From contig BQFW01000014.1 of assembly GCA_020891255.1 (NCBI GenBank), positions 310,001 through 374,000 of the forward strand: 64,000 bases of DNA. Reading direction: 5' to 3'. A program made the position numbers and the translations under genes. The first letter of the stretch is position 1. Each line of letters begins with the position of its first letter. Shown one piece after another: positions 47,679 to 60,409 of the stretch. Source of the stretch: Entomortierella parvispora E1425 (lineage: Eukaryota; Fungi; Mortierellomycota). Below the pieces are notes generated by a model. It was not told where the DNA came from. It saw only the letters and a program-made list of their open reading frames with translations, and made no database searches.

Positions 47679-48973
47679 CTACCGCCTTGACTTGCCTCCT
47701 CTGGCGATGGCAATGGGCTTCTTTTGGTTCTTGTTCTTTTTCTGGGTATTCTTGCCCCCCTTGCTATCATCCTCTGAATCCTCTTCGAATCCTTTGCTCC
47801 ATCCGTCGCCCAACTTCCAGCCGACACTGCCCGTTGATTTGGCAGGAGCGGTCTTGGCTGTCGTAACCTTCTTCTTGGCAGCGACTCCTGTTGATTTCGA
47901 TTTTGTTGAGGCTGTAGTACTTGTGCCTCCACTGACGGCGACCTTTGCCTTCTTTGGTACTGGTTGTCCCAACATGGCCGAAACTTCCTTCTGGAGCAAC
48001 AGCGATTTCGACTCTTTCTTCTTGGAGGAGGGTGATGCTGTTGATGATGATGCCTTTGCTGTAGTGGTAGCCTTCTTTGCTGGTGTCTTTGTTGCAGTTA
48101 CTGCGGCACTGGTCTTGGCCTTCTTGGTTGAAGCGGTGGCAGCGGTGACGGCATCCGCTTTACGCTTCCTTTGATCTAATTGAGCAGCAATGACCTTGAG
48201 CTCCTCAGGCAAGTCATCCATGCTGTCATCACCAGAGTCATCGGCATCCTTGTCCTCGCCGTCCATCTCTTCATCCTCATCCTCATCTGTCTCCCAGCTT
48301 CCCTCTGAGCCTTCCTCGCCCTCGACCTCCTCAATTTCTTCAATCTCCTCGATATCCTCTTCTTCTTCCTGCAACTTTTTAGGATCCACCAAAGCGTTTC
48401 CAAACAAAGACTTCATAAAGTTAGCAATCTCATTCTGGAGTCCAGGCTAAACAGGATTGAACAAAGAAAAAAAAAAAAAAAAAAAAAGGATGAATTAATT
48501 ATCGCTGAAAATGGAGTGAAATTCCACGCGATGTTGTATCGTTCAAAGAATGTCCGCTTCACATACCTCGACAATCTCTTCTGACGCCTTTTTCTTCTTG
48601 TCAGCCTTCTTGGTAGCAGCCTTCTTGGCCTTGGCGGCTTCTTCCCCGTCCTCATCATCGTTGTCGTCTTCTCCCAGATCTTCAATTTCGGATCCAGAGT
48701 CGATACCGTCCAAGAGTTCCAAATCCTGCTTGGATCCACCCATGGCCAAAATCTCTGCTATGAGCAACTCGCCCTTGTCCATGTCCTTCTTGCCTCCTGA
48801 TGTAGCCGTCGCGGGTGCGCTTGCTTTCGTTCCAAGGGCCTAGAAATTCAAAAGAGGAGCACACGGTTAGGGAAAGAGTTTAGAGCAAGGGGAGGTACAC
48901 ACACAGCGGACAACGGACAACTCACTTTGTTTGCCTTGGCAGCAAGGGCATTCTTTTTTTTCATAAACGACAT
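47679..48973 (-). CDS. Protein resembling only the N-terminal region of MAK21/NOC1 (CEBPZ), ~362 aa; no CBF domain
   Basis: Exons 48973-48926, 48839-48567, 48446-47679 (all phase 0). EILAMGGSKQDLELLDGIDS and LQNEIANFMKSL resemble the CEBPZ/Mak21 N-terminal motifs (human EVLRLGGTKQDYLMLATLD ... GELEAFIQNL, recalled); followed by acidic and Lys-rich tracts, then stop. Confidence 0.6.
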
Positions 48974-50036
48974 TGGAGCGTTGAATGGACGGATGAACGA
49001 ATGAATAGATGGATGAATGAATGGAAAAAGACGAGAGAACCACACACACACACACACTGACCGTCTGACACGGACGCGTTGCAGCCAAAGCTGAAAAAAA
49101 AAAAAAGAAAAGCCAAGCAAATCGACATGAGCCAAGCCACAGAGCAGACCCTTAAATCGGATCCTAATTTTGGTGGCGCATCCAGTTCGTCGCTCCCTCA
49201 ACTTTTCCCTCCGTTTTTCTCCTTTTGTTCAGCCCGGTGATTCCGACTAAGCTTCTTTTTTTTTTTTTTTTTTTTTTTTTTCGTTTTGGTGCTCACACGC
49301 GCCGTCTCTGGCATCGAACTGACGTCAAGAACGGAAGGAAGGCTGAGGGAGAGCCAAAATACGACGAACCTTACTCGCGCCCTGTTCTGCAGACTGTACT
49401 CGCACGTTCTCTTCTTTATTTTCGATCGTCCTTGTTCCCTCGGAGGTACTGTAAGAAGCGGCAGGCGGAGCATTGCCCAGAAACAGACATGGACTGCGGA
49501 GCCAGCGCCGTAAAAAATGATTTGCAATTAGGATACTCTATCCACAAAAGAGTTGATTGCTCGTATGGGCTTGATTGGGTGAGAGGGTGCGGGTGTATTC
49601 TTTGTCTTGTCTGAACGATCCCTGCGATCCCACAGGAATGAAAAAAATGGCTCACAGCGCTTCAATACCAGCACCAACAGCTTTTTGTGTTCCCTTCCGG
49701 TCCCCCGGAAGAGGTCTCAACTTGCGCGATCCCATGTTTGGGTCGTCTATCTGTCTCTCTCCCGCGCGTCTTCCCCTTTGTGCTCAGTCGGTCTTGTTTG
49801 CTGCATACGACAAGGACTGACGCATCACGAAACGATCGTTTGTCCCGGAGAGAGGGTCCGAGCTCGCTGTCTCTTCATTCCAGAGTATATAAATCTCCTT
49901 GTCTCTCCCTTATTCCTTCTTCTCACAACTCTCTTTTATCTTTCTCTTTCCTCTTCTTCATTCTCACGCTCCCCCCCTTTCCCCTTCCCTTCCCTTCTCT
50001 TCCCTTCTTCCCCCTGATACACATCGAACACACATC

Positions 50037-51155
50037 ATGCAATCAACATTCTCACCTTTACGAGTCACTTCCTCGTCCTCCACTCGTGCGATCAAGTCTC
50101 TTCTGCACCAGTCGACCTCTTCCTTCAGTACCGCGACCCTCGCAAGACCCGTGGCCATCCTCCCTCCCGTTGCCACCTCGATCGCCTACCGCCATCACCA
50201 GCAACAACAACACCCAACCTCCTCCTCCTCCTCCTCCTCTTCCAGACACAAACGGCCACAGCACCGCTCCTTTTCTCTCTTTGGCAGCTTCAAGGCCGAG
50301 GGCGCCTCTGGCGCCGATACCAAGCGAATCCCCAAAGCCGTCCAAAACGAGATCCCCGAGGTCTTGCTCCATGACATTCATCCGCAGCCCATGTTGGACG
50401 AGTTCAAGGGCAAACGACTCTCGACGGCCGATCTGGAGGCCATCCCCATTGATCTGGGCTTTCACCGAGAACCGGCCGGCGTCAGTGACTGGGTCGCTTA
50501 TCACGTCGTGAAATCCATGCGTATCCCCGTGGATCTCTTTTTCCGAACCAAATACATTCATCGCGTGGTGGCCCTCGAGACCGTCGCGGCCGTGCCGGGC
50601 ATGGTGGCGGGCATGCTGAGGCATCTGAGAAGCTTGAGAAGGTGCTCGCACGATGGCGGCTGGATCTCCCATCTGTTGCACGAGGCCGAGAACGAGCGGA
50701 TGCATCTCTTGACGTGGATGAAGGTGGCGCAACCGACCTTGTTTGAACGTGCCCTCGTCACGGCCGTCCAGGGCGTCTTTTTCAACGTCTTTTTTGCGCT
50801 CTACATGGTCTCGGACAAGACCGCGCATCGTGTGGTGGGCTATCTGGAGGAGCAGGCCGTCATCTCTTATACTCACATGTTGGACGAAATCGCGGCGGGT
50901 GTCCTTGAAAACGGGCCTGCCCCCAAGATCGCTATTGATTACTGGAACTTGGAGGAAACAGCCACCATCCGGGATGTGTGCTTGGCCATTCGTTTGGACG
51001 AGAGTGTGCACATGCACACGAACCATCATTTGAGTGATCGCATCGCCCTCAAACAGGAGGATCTTCGTGTGGATATCCAAAAGATGCAGGAAGAACGCGG
51101 AATGATCCCTACTCAAAACGCCGAAAAGGTCTGGACAAAGGGCAACAAATATTGA
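50037..51155 (+). CDS. AOX: Mitochondrial alternative oxidase (372 aa)
   Basis: Motifs [41 protein letters not shown]; Ser/Arg-rich presequence from ATG 50037; TATA-like gtatataaat near 49886. Confidence 0.93.
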   Translation: MQSTFSPLRVTSSSSTRAIKSLLHQSTSSFSTATLARPVAILPPVATSIAYRHHQQQQHPTSSSSSSSSRHKRPQHRSFSLFGSFKAEGASGADTKRIPKAVQNEIPEVLLHDIHPQPMLDEFKGKRLSTADLEAIPIDLGFHREPAGVSDWVAYHVVKSMRIPVDLFFRTKYIHRVVALETVAAVPGMVAGMLRHLRSLRRCSHDGGWISHLLHEAENERMHLLTWMKVAQPTLFERALVTAVQGVFFNVFFALYMVSDKTAHRVVGYLEEQAVISYTHMLDEIAAGVLENGPAPKIAIDYWNLEETATIRDVCLAIRLDESVHMHTNHHLSDRIALKQEDLRVDIQKMQEERGMIPTQNAEKVWTKGNKY

Positions 51156-51401
51156 TTGTTGTTCATACACTTCAATTCATTCTACATTTTCATCTGCTTT
51201 TTTGCTTCTTCCATTCAACAAATAAAAAAAAAAGTGAAAAAAAGAAATATTTGCAGCTGTGTTCCGTTTATTATTATGGCACATGTTCAACGTGGCGAAG
51301 GAATCTCTTTTCTATTACTGCGCGCAGCATGGTCTATTTCAGCGTGCCGTTGTATTGTATCCTTTGTTTTGAAACCAAAGAACAGGAAAGAACACAGCAA
51401 A

Positions 51402-51436
<35 letters not shown>

Positions 51437-51489
51437 AAAAAAAATGAAAAGAAAAAAAAAGACAAAAAAAAAAAAAGGATCCGCCGGTT

Positions 51490-54400
51490 CTACACCTCAA
51501 GCCAGTTTTCTGTTTTGCCTTGCTTGACGAGATCTCTATACCATGATCCATACACCTTCTTGTTGAACTCGCTCACTGCGCGCACCTTCTCCAGTAACAC
51601 AGTCATCTCGTCTTCAAGACCTGTGAGTCCATGAGCCTCCATCTCGGTCGTATTAAAGCTCATTTTGGCTGCCAACGCCTCTGCAGCAGCCTTGTTGGTC
51701 TCCTCGGCCGTTGGCTCTGGGGTTGCAGGTGCTGTTCCACTTCCTTGGGGCGCCAAAGGTCCCGGTTTGGACGACATAGATGTAGGGGAATCGGTGGGCT
51801 CGGCCGTGTCTTCATCTTGTTCAGTTCTTGTTGAAGAGTCGCCACCAGATGCCGTCAGGGACATGGCCGAAGCCAGAGACGCGCACGAGGCTGAGAGGAC
51901 CAGCATTGACGAGCAAGAGTGAAGGTAAAGCCATCTCCGAAAGTGGATCAACAGCCGCTTTTGGATCAAGCGGTATAGAGTCGAGGTCCTGCAAAGGGCG
52001 TTATCTAACCAGGCTGTCAACAGGTTTGTATCCTGTCCAGAAAGGCTCTTTGCCACAAGCGGTGACGGTGAAGCAGCAAGGGATGTCGCAATTGGATGTG
52101 GCACAGACAGCAAAGATGAATGGCCAGAGGAGCTACTCTTGGAGCTTCCAGGGGCGATCGGAGGCAACGACAAGAATGCTTGACTACCTCGACGAAGACC
52201 CGACGGTAAGGGCGATTCTGGAGCAAGAGAAGATCTCCGACTTCCGGCTACAACCGCGACAGGAGCTGCAGACGCTGCATTCGCGCTCCTCTCCCGTACT
52301 TTTCTCGCGGCAAACTCGATTTGGATCACAATATCCTTCATGCCACTACTTCCACTGCTATGAGAGGCGTTTGCTCCTGATTTTCCCATCTGGGATGTAT
52401 CTCCGGCACTCGCGCTGTTGGCGTTGGTGTTGTTGGATCCAAAGTTTGCATTTTCGTCCGTCAATAACAGCCAAACCACCTTTTTGATTTCGACAAGATC
52501 CTGCTGAGTCCAGCAGTTTTGAGCCAACTGTCGGAACAGGATCAGAAGCGTGCAGAGGATCGTCAGGTCTTGAAAGTCGTTGTGGAAAGACAAGAGTCTG
52601 TAGTGGTCCAACTCGAACGTCTCGGGCATCGTGTTGACAGATCCATGAGGTCTCAAGATCATTTCCAATAGCCCTGTGAGAATAGAATAAAAAAAAGCGT
52701 TTCGTTAGGAATGTCTGGCTCCGACTCTGCACTGCGCATTTGCTCGATTGAGCAAACCTGGACCACTGAACTCACCTTCATTCACAACCCCGTCGAGTAT
52801 GTTTTCGCCGATATCGGCACTGATAATACTTGAGCGACGTTTGAGATTGGCTGGTGGTGGAGTCAATCTCACTGAGCTGTCAGAACCTTCGGAATCGCTC
52901 GACTGCGACGACGAAGACGCTACGCTGGGACGGCGGGCAGACACCAAAGACGATGGCGAACAGGCGCCAGGGGTCGCATTACTGATCACCAGCTGTTTAA
53001 CACCTTCCCATTGGACCCAAGAGCGTTTGAACCACTCTCGTGTTCTTTGGATAGTGCCACCGCGCGACAAGTGCTCCGTGAAATACTTTTGCTCAAAATC
53101 GATCGAGTTGTCCAACAGCCATGGACGCAAGGTTCGAAGCTGATGATTGGCGATATCCTACAATATGAAAGGGGAATATGTCATAGTGAGCGACAGCACA
53201 ATCGCAAAAAGTGATCATGTTCACATGCCCAAAACAGCAAGTCCGAAGATTCAAGTTGACTACTTCACTTACCAATTTCATCCATTCTAAAATTTCAAAG
53301 CACATTCGAATGCCTCGCACAATTTCGTCAGAGTCAACAACAATGGTCACCATATTTTCCACCAATGAATCACGCATGGGTGCACAGTGGCCCTTCAGAG
53401 AGTCGCCTAGGAACCGGAACAGACCATGAACATCCAAAACTCCATGATCCAGCTCCTGCAGCAACAGTTCTGGATCCAGTGTAGATGTCAACAATGCGCG
53501 CTCTGGGTTCACAGGAGGGGTTGCAGACTTTGCGGGGTCTGTGTTTGCCTGTGCAGACGGGGCTGGGAGAAGCGACAGAAGGATCTCGCGAAGCTCATCC
53601 ACTAACCTTGGCAACAAAACAGCCTTTGGAAGAGGACATAACTGTTGTGTATGGAGCTGGACCATCCTATTGGAGGCCTGCGAGGCTGGCATGCCGGCTT
53701 CATTTAGCAGCGTTGCAGTGGTTTCTCGCCTTGCTGCCAAGATTGCTCGCCTATTGTTCAGCTCCAAACCAACTTCTCGCCAAAACCTGTCCGCTTCCCG
53801 TCGCTTGATCAGTCCTCGTTCTCCGTCGAAATTGGGTCGGAACTGAAGATGAGGATCAAACACAATATCATGCCGCAATTGTGGATTCTTGAATATTTCA
53901 AACAAGTCTAGCTCCCGCAAAGTGTCTCGGGTGATAGGCAGGTTCAAGACGGCAGGGAGAGGCGAAGTCAGGGGCGTTGGCCCAGAGTTTGACTGGGCAG
54001 GAGAAGGTCGAGGTGTAGAGGAGTTGTCACGCTCCTTTGAGACAGGCTGGGGTTCTTGCTCCTTCTTCTGCTGAATCTGCGGTTCACTCCGTGTGACACT
54101 GTTACGGTGTGAGTGTTGAGGAGAAGATGGGCCCGACAGTGCCTTATCTTTGCGATCAAGGGGTTTCATGATAGTTGTGTCCACCGACAGCGCAGGAGGA
54201 CTCTCAGATGAAGGACCACCTGTGGCAGTATTCCTTTGAGGGATGTCATGTGGGTGCACTGGTGGCTCTGTCTCCATGTGGACGGTGGATGCATGAGCCG
54301 TAGTCACTCTAGATTGAGGGTTGTCATTATCTAAAGGATGGATCCGGGACGAATCCTGCCGTTGCAGGGATAGCGTCGGGTGGGCATGCCCTTGAATATC

Positions 54401-55894
54401 TTTCTTGGACTGCTCTAGCGACTGCGGCCGACTTGAAATCAGACTCTGTCTCCGTGTACGACTCATACTTTCTTGTTCGCCGATTTCTTGCCAGTCCCTG
54501 TCCTGGTTCACGTTCATACTCTCCACTTGACTATCTATCGAAGACGGCTCTTCCGAGTGTGCACCAGAAGTCAAGTGTCTTGCTCGTTTTGATCTCTCCA
54601 TGTTACTGATAGAGGAGGTTGAGGAAGGCAATGAAGACTCAAAAGGAGACATTTGTATAGGGGGGCTTCGTTGGCGCTTATGTTGACTGTATGAGGAAGC
54701 GATACGTTCTTTCCTGCGCTGTGGTCGAGAGTGTTGGTGTGGCAATGTAGTTTGGTGATGAGTTTCTTCTATAGCGTCCTTTGCTTGGTTCTCGTCACGT
54801 TCTGACGTCTCGCGATGATGAGGAGCTATAGTGTGGTTGGTGGCGAGGCTGTCCTGACTGGATTGCTCTTGAGCGTGGTTGCGAAGAGGGTGTTGTTGCT
54901 TGACGGATGAGATGGGCAGCGTACGGTCCGGCACCTGGACGTCAGATTCGGATAGTGTTCGGGTGTGTCCAGCAGGATCCATAGAATGCCGATGTGAGTT
55001 AATTGCTGGGCAATCCAGAGACTTGCAGTTCTCTGGAGGAAAGCAGGACTCTTGATGTACCAAAGATTTCGTAGCGTCCAAGGATGGGCTCTGAGACTGG
55101 GCACAGCCACAAGACGATGTGCACAGGTTCCAGGGCACAAAGGGGGAAGAGGGGACGGCTGACTTTTTGACGCGTTTCCTACGCGAAGTCTGCTGGAGTG
55201 AAGATGACGAGGATGAAGAGTGGCGATGCGATGACTTTGAGCCAGGATCGCGTTTCTTGGAACGCTTACGGCCAAAAGTAGTCAGTGTTGGCACTGTGGA
55301 AATATCGCGGATGTTGATGGTTCTGATGTCGGTGACAACCGAGTGCGAAGTGCTCGATTCCTTGCGCTTACTGCCTGTGGTTATTGATGAAGAGCTGGAA
55401 GCGCTGCTTTGGTCAGACTGTTGGGCGGGAGGTAGAGGAGTGACCGAGGTGGAAGAGAAAGGGGAGGACGACGATGACGAGGAGGATGAAGGGTTCTGGC
55501 GACTAAAGTAACGGACACCACTTGTTAAAAATTCTGGAAGATATATGGATCTGGTCTTGCCAGGAGCGAGTGAAGATGTATGAGATGGATGCTCTGTAGG
55601 GTTTCGCTTTTGGGTTGCAGTTGTTGGTGTGTCCTGGGTATCGATATTGACGGTTGCAGTCGTAGGACAGGTAAGGGAGAGCTCCGTTGGCTGGGCTGCT
55701 GACGAGACAGATGAAAATGGGGATGAAGAAGAGGAGAGAGAAGAGTTGGATGGGGATGGAGTGGGAAGAGAGGCCGATGAACACAGAGCTGGTGTTGCAG
55801 GGACTAGCTGTCTGGTTGGCGTGGGCGAGTAGATGGTGGGCGACGGGGAGCTGGCGGACGAGGTCGGGGAGGAAGAGAGGTCAGCAGGAGACAT
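51490..55894 (-). CDS. SOK1: T-complex protein 11 / SOK1 family protein (~1395 aa)
   Basis: Exons 55894-53273, 53157-52776, 52673-51490. LRELDLFEIFKNPQLRHDIVFDPHLQFRPNFDG, LKGHCAPMRD, KLDIANHQLRTLRPWL, PETFELDHYRL. Confidence 0.9.
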
Positions 55895-56990
55895 GGTTGT
55901 CGTAGGCTTGAGGTATATGTTTGTCGTCGTCGACGTCGTCGCCGTCGTGGCCTTGAACGGAACAGCTAGTGATGGAGATGATGGATGTTGAAAGGAGTCG
56001 CAAGGAGGCAAGAGGGAGAGAGAGCGAGAGAGAGATAGAATTGAGGGAGGCGGAAGGAGGGAGGACGGAGGAGAGAGAAGGAGAATATTAAAAAAGAGAG
56101 TAGAGATGGATTGATGGTGAGCATAGACGGACTGACAGAATGATTTGACATGCAGAGGACATCAGACAGCACCATAACAAGAACAGAGCCATGGAAAAGA
56201 AAGACCAAAGGGAGAGAGCGATGGAGTGGGAAGAGACGGAAGGAAGGAAGGAAGGAAGGAAGGAAGGAAAGAAGGAAGAAAGGAAGGGATGCAAACAACC
56301 AGACATCCAAGCTCATCGCTCTCACTCGTACTCTCGCTCACGCTGTCCATTTTTTTTTTTTTTTATTCTCCAGCTCACCCACACGCGTGCGCGATCTTTC
56401 AAGGATCGGGAGGGGGTGCATTCGTTATACAACAAAGGAAGGAGGTCCCCCGGGATAAGCAAGAAAAAGGAATGGGTGGAGAAAGAAGACTGTCAGGCAC
56501 CACAGCTGGAAAAGACAGAACATGAAGGGGCAGGGTGTGGCCAGTGCAGATGGGCTGCAAGGCATGCAGTGGGGTTGGGTTCGAAGGGCAAATGCATCCA
56601 TGCTGTGCCGGGGTTTTCCCCCGTTCCAGAAGTACCATTGGATGACAAAGAATCAAACAAACAAGGCAAAGGAAAGAAGGGGACAAGACCCTGCAGATTC
56701 AGGAAGCATGTGCGAGAAGTGTGCTGTGCAGAACACGCTCGGGATGGGGACGGACTCGGCGCCTGTTTGCTCCCCAGCAGGGACAATGTAGGGGGAGAGG
56801 GAGAGGAGGCAAAGGAGTCAAGGGCGAGTTGAGTAGAATAGAATAGAACAGAGCGTGGCTAGGGACACGGGAGAATGACGACAGACACCAAGGAGAGACT
56901 CAGAAGGCATAACACGATTCACAGGAGATTGAGGACGGGAGGGAGACAGACAGAGGGGGGAGAAAAAAAAAGAGAGCTTGTGGAGGTTGG

Positions 56991-57030
56991 ATATGGATGG
57001 ATATGGATGGATATGGATGGATATGGATGG
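56991..57030. repeat. Tandem repeat (ATATGGATGG)x4
   Basis: Four exact 10-nt copies. Confidence 0.95.
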
Positions 57031-57178
57031 ATGTCCTTTTTGGAGTTGGACCACTGCTGTGATACTGTGCCCCACACCCACACCACGCGCCTTGCTGGTC
57101 AACGTCCCCAGACCTTTCTTTCTTTGCCCCCAAAGTCAAAACACAGAAAGAGTCGGCTCCTTTCCTCTCCCCTCCTCC

Positions 57179-58114
57179 CTAGGCAGACAAAGAGTGTGTT
57201 TTTTCAGCACTGGCCCGGTCGTTACCTTGCTCCTTGTGTTTCAAAGGATTCGCCTGAAGGCTCATGTCACGTTCATCTTCGCTGTCAGTGTGGTGGCGTT
57301 TTGCTTTGGAAGAGGACACGCTCGTGATGCCTCTGTTGTTGCCAGCCCTGAACGTGTTGCTGCCCATGCTCCCCTGGATGTTCTCAGATACGGTCTCGTC
57401 CGTGGCTATGCTGCTGTTGCCGCTGTTGTTGCTGCTGCTGTTGCGGGGGCATTGGCGGCTTGGCTGAGCCATGATGATGGAGGTGGCCAAATTAGTCTCT
57501 GTTGACTTGTATATCCGCTCTTCGTCACCATATCTGCTGAACTCATCACTGTCCATGCACACCCCGCCGCTGCTGTAGCTCTCGCTCTCGCTCTGGCTCT
57601 GGCTCTCCCTCATCCTCGTGTTATCATCTTCAGTATCCGCCTCATCTCTGACATCGCTCCAACGACTCGCTGCCTTCTCGCTTGCTGCCCTCGGTTGCTG
57701 TTGTTGCTGTTGTTGGCTCTGAGATAATGGTAAAGACGTTGGCGAGGAGGGCTCGTGTACAAACGTCATATCAAAGCTCTTGTGGATAGAGAGGACATCT
57801 GCCGTTCTGTTTCGATTGGGTCGGACATGGCTGGAGGTAAGACAGGGGGTGGAGGCAGTCGAGGCCGAACTCGAGGACGAGGACGAGGACTGGCTGGTCC
57901 TTGTGGAAGGATGTGTGGGTGGAGGGGGGCGAATGGTGGAGGAAGCTTTCGTGTGGTTGTAGTGGTGAGCTGGGCCAACTGAAGTCGCGGGACTGACTTG
58001 GGTTTGGGGTGCTGACGAGGCCGCAGAGGACGAAGCAGAAGGGGACGACGCGGAGGAAGAGGAAGAGGAGCGGTACAGTTTATTCCAGGCGGACGAGGGT
58101 GGATCCTGCTGCAT
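57179..58114 (-). CDS. Hypothetical Ser-rich disordered protein (~311 aa; 3' end may be spliced further)
   Basis: ORF from ATG 58114 (MQQDPPSSAWNKLY...) downstream of a (CT)n leader; no family recognised; possible donor G|gtaacg near 57225. Confidence 0.45.
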   Translation of the reverse strand: MQQDPPSSAWNKLYRSSSSSSASSPSASSSAASSAPQTQVSPATSVGPAHHYNHTKASSTIRPPPPTHPSTRTSQSSSSSSSSASTASTPCLTSSHVRPNRNRTADVLSIHKSFDMTFVHEPSSPTSLPLSQSQQQQQQQPRAASEKAASRWSDVRDEADTEDDNTRMRESQSQSESESYSSGGVCMDSDEFSRYGDEERIYKSTETNLATSIIMAQPSRQCPRNSSSNNSGNSSIATDETVSENIQGSMGSNTFRAGNNRGITSVSSSKAKRHHTDSEDERDMSLQANPLKHKEQGNDRASAEKTHSLSA

Positions 58115-58192
58115 GGCTCTCTCTTTTGGCCGAGAAAGAAAGGAAAAAAGAGGGGAGAGGGGGAAAAAAGGGTGGAGAGGAAGGGGGGGAGG

Positions 58193-58241
<49 letters not shown>

Positions 58242-58674
58242 AGAGTGAGTTTGTCCTTGGCCAATGGAGGTGGAAGAGAGAGACAGAGAGAGAGAAAAGT
58301 AACGGGTGAACACGAATGAATGAACGGTAGGGAAAGGGAGGAATGAAGGTGGATTGGAGGAGAGTGAAGGAAGGAAGGGAGGAGAGAAGAATCGAGGGGA
58401 GTGAATGAATGAATGAACTGCAGACAGAACAATCATGCAAGCAGGCAGATTCGCTCCTCTTTTTGTGCTGTTTGCATGCGCCCGAATGGGAGGGACATCT
58501 TCCTCCTCGTCCTTTCCTCCCTCCTCTTGGTCCATCAGATCTTGACCTGATCCCTCCTTTCCTTTGCATTCTCCCGTCTGAATCGCCCTTCTTGCATCGG
58601 GGCTCACCTCTTCCCTTCTGTCCATCCCTCTTCCTCCTCCTCCTCCATTGCATCCTCCCTCATTATCCCGCGCC

Positions 58675-60409
58675 ATGTCGTCTACCACTGCAGATGCCCA
58701 TGCAGCGCGTGCACTGGTAAAAAAAATAATATATTGCCACAGAAAAAAAAACGAAAAAACTCTTGGACCCCCCCTACTCCCGTCCCTGTTGATTGTTCTC
58801 CCCCTTCTCTCTGTGCACCCAGCCTATCCACATCCACCTTTGCTATTGTTGTTTTGTTGTTATGGCGTGAATGTCATTGGACAGCGAAAGGCTTGGTCAA
58901 AACTGAAAGAACCACGGCCAGACCCATGGGCACAATACAAAACTCCTCCGCCACCTCCACCTCCCCAACAGTCCACCTGTCTACTGCACCATTGGCTAAT
59001 CAGTCATTATTATTCCTGTATGCGCTTCCCCCAACTGCAAACCCCTGCTTGCCTGCCCCTTGACAAAATAGGCCCAAGCTGTGCTCATTACTTGGCTGTG
59101 CGATCGACATCATGATCTGGCATCTCTGGCGTCCGAGTCTCTAAAGCAACGGATCCACTTCTTGTCCCTACCCGATCGTTCCAATCTCAAGGAACTCTGT
59201 ACCTGGGACCCGCCGTCTGCCTCCTCTTCTACATCTTGTCCCGCTTGGTCTCCAGCCCAGATTGATGCATTTATTCATGACTCATGGTCGCCTGACCAAC
59301 TCCCGTTGCATCCTCCCAAGATTCGCTTGTCTGGGTCAACGGTATCGACCTTAGCCTCCGCCTCTTTATCACTGACGCCGTCCTTGTCTTTTGATTCTTG
59401 GGAAACCACTCCGGTCCTGGTCAAGCAACTGGACGAGGAAACCGTCCAGGCAAGGGTCCCCATCGGTCAAGTCGGAGATGCCATCCTGGTCATGATCTTG
59501 TCGTCCGAGCTGGAATCTGAAGACGAGAATTCCCAGTCCAAAAAAGTGCCTCGGTGGAAATACCACAACATGGTGGCGGTTTCAGAGTCTGATCTGACGG
59601 ACGAGAGCAGCTGGAAACTTTTGTTGGAACACCAGGCTCAGGATGCAAAAGAGCCTTGGCCACCGTGCCTGGAAAACCCTGTCGGGAATTTGCCCCTGCT
59701 TTCGCCTGCTGGTCAGGACACAGTGGGAAAAGTCGGGAACGGGGAGGAAGAGCTAGACGAGGATGACTCTGACGATGACTATTGGGGTCAATACGGTGAT
59801 ACCGAAGATGAGTCTGCGACGGACGAGAATGGTGAGGGAGCAGAGTCTTCCAAAGTGAAAGACGCACAGAGCGAAGCCGTTTCCGAGACTCCCAACGACG
59901 AGGATGACGACGAGGATGAATACTGGCGCAAGTATGCAGAGCAACAGGAAGAACAAGAGGCTGAGGAACGGAAAAAGAAGCTCAAGAGTCAAAGAGCTGG
60001 CTCTGTTGGGCTGGACAATGACCATCAGGACAGCTCAACAGGGCCCAGACGAGTCTTTGCAGAGCTGGAAGACCCTGCACCAACGTCCAAGATCGGTCAA
60101 GTGGACCCCAACATGCTCTCATCCTTGCTACAGATGCTATCAACCCAGGGGCTTCACCAGAATCTGCCTGGTCAAGAAAATGAACCATCCTCGGAAGACT
60201 CTAGGTTCTTGGACGAATCTCATGATGTCGCCGTGGAATCCTCGGGCGATTCTTCATCACCAAGCTCCTCGGTTTCTACGTCTTCCAAAGCCATCTCGAC
60301 TCTGGAGAGGTCGCTTCGAGCAACAGTTGCCCAGGCAAAGCTGGATGGCCTGAGCAAAGACCAGGTTTTTGAGGTTTTGTCAGACATCTATTCCTCTTCA
60401 CCGTTTTAA
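58675..60409 (+). CDS. Hypothetical protein (~459 aa) with acidic DDxYW motifs
   Basis: Exons 58675-58716 and 59072-60409 (phase 0). Globular-looking N-half (WETTPVLVKQLD, WKYHNMV), acidic DDDSDDDYWGQYGD and DDDEDEYWRKYAE. Confidence 0.7.

Noticed and set aside
18651-51155. Respiratory or carbon-metabolism gene cluster (NDUFS3, ERT1, AOX, TGL2)
   Set aside because: Genes are 10-30 kb apart and interleaved with unrelated genes; co-location is compatible with chance.
56991-57030. Telomere-like or CRISPR-like array
   Set aside because: Only four spacer-less 10-mers in an intergenic region; ordinary minisatellite.
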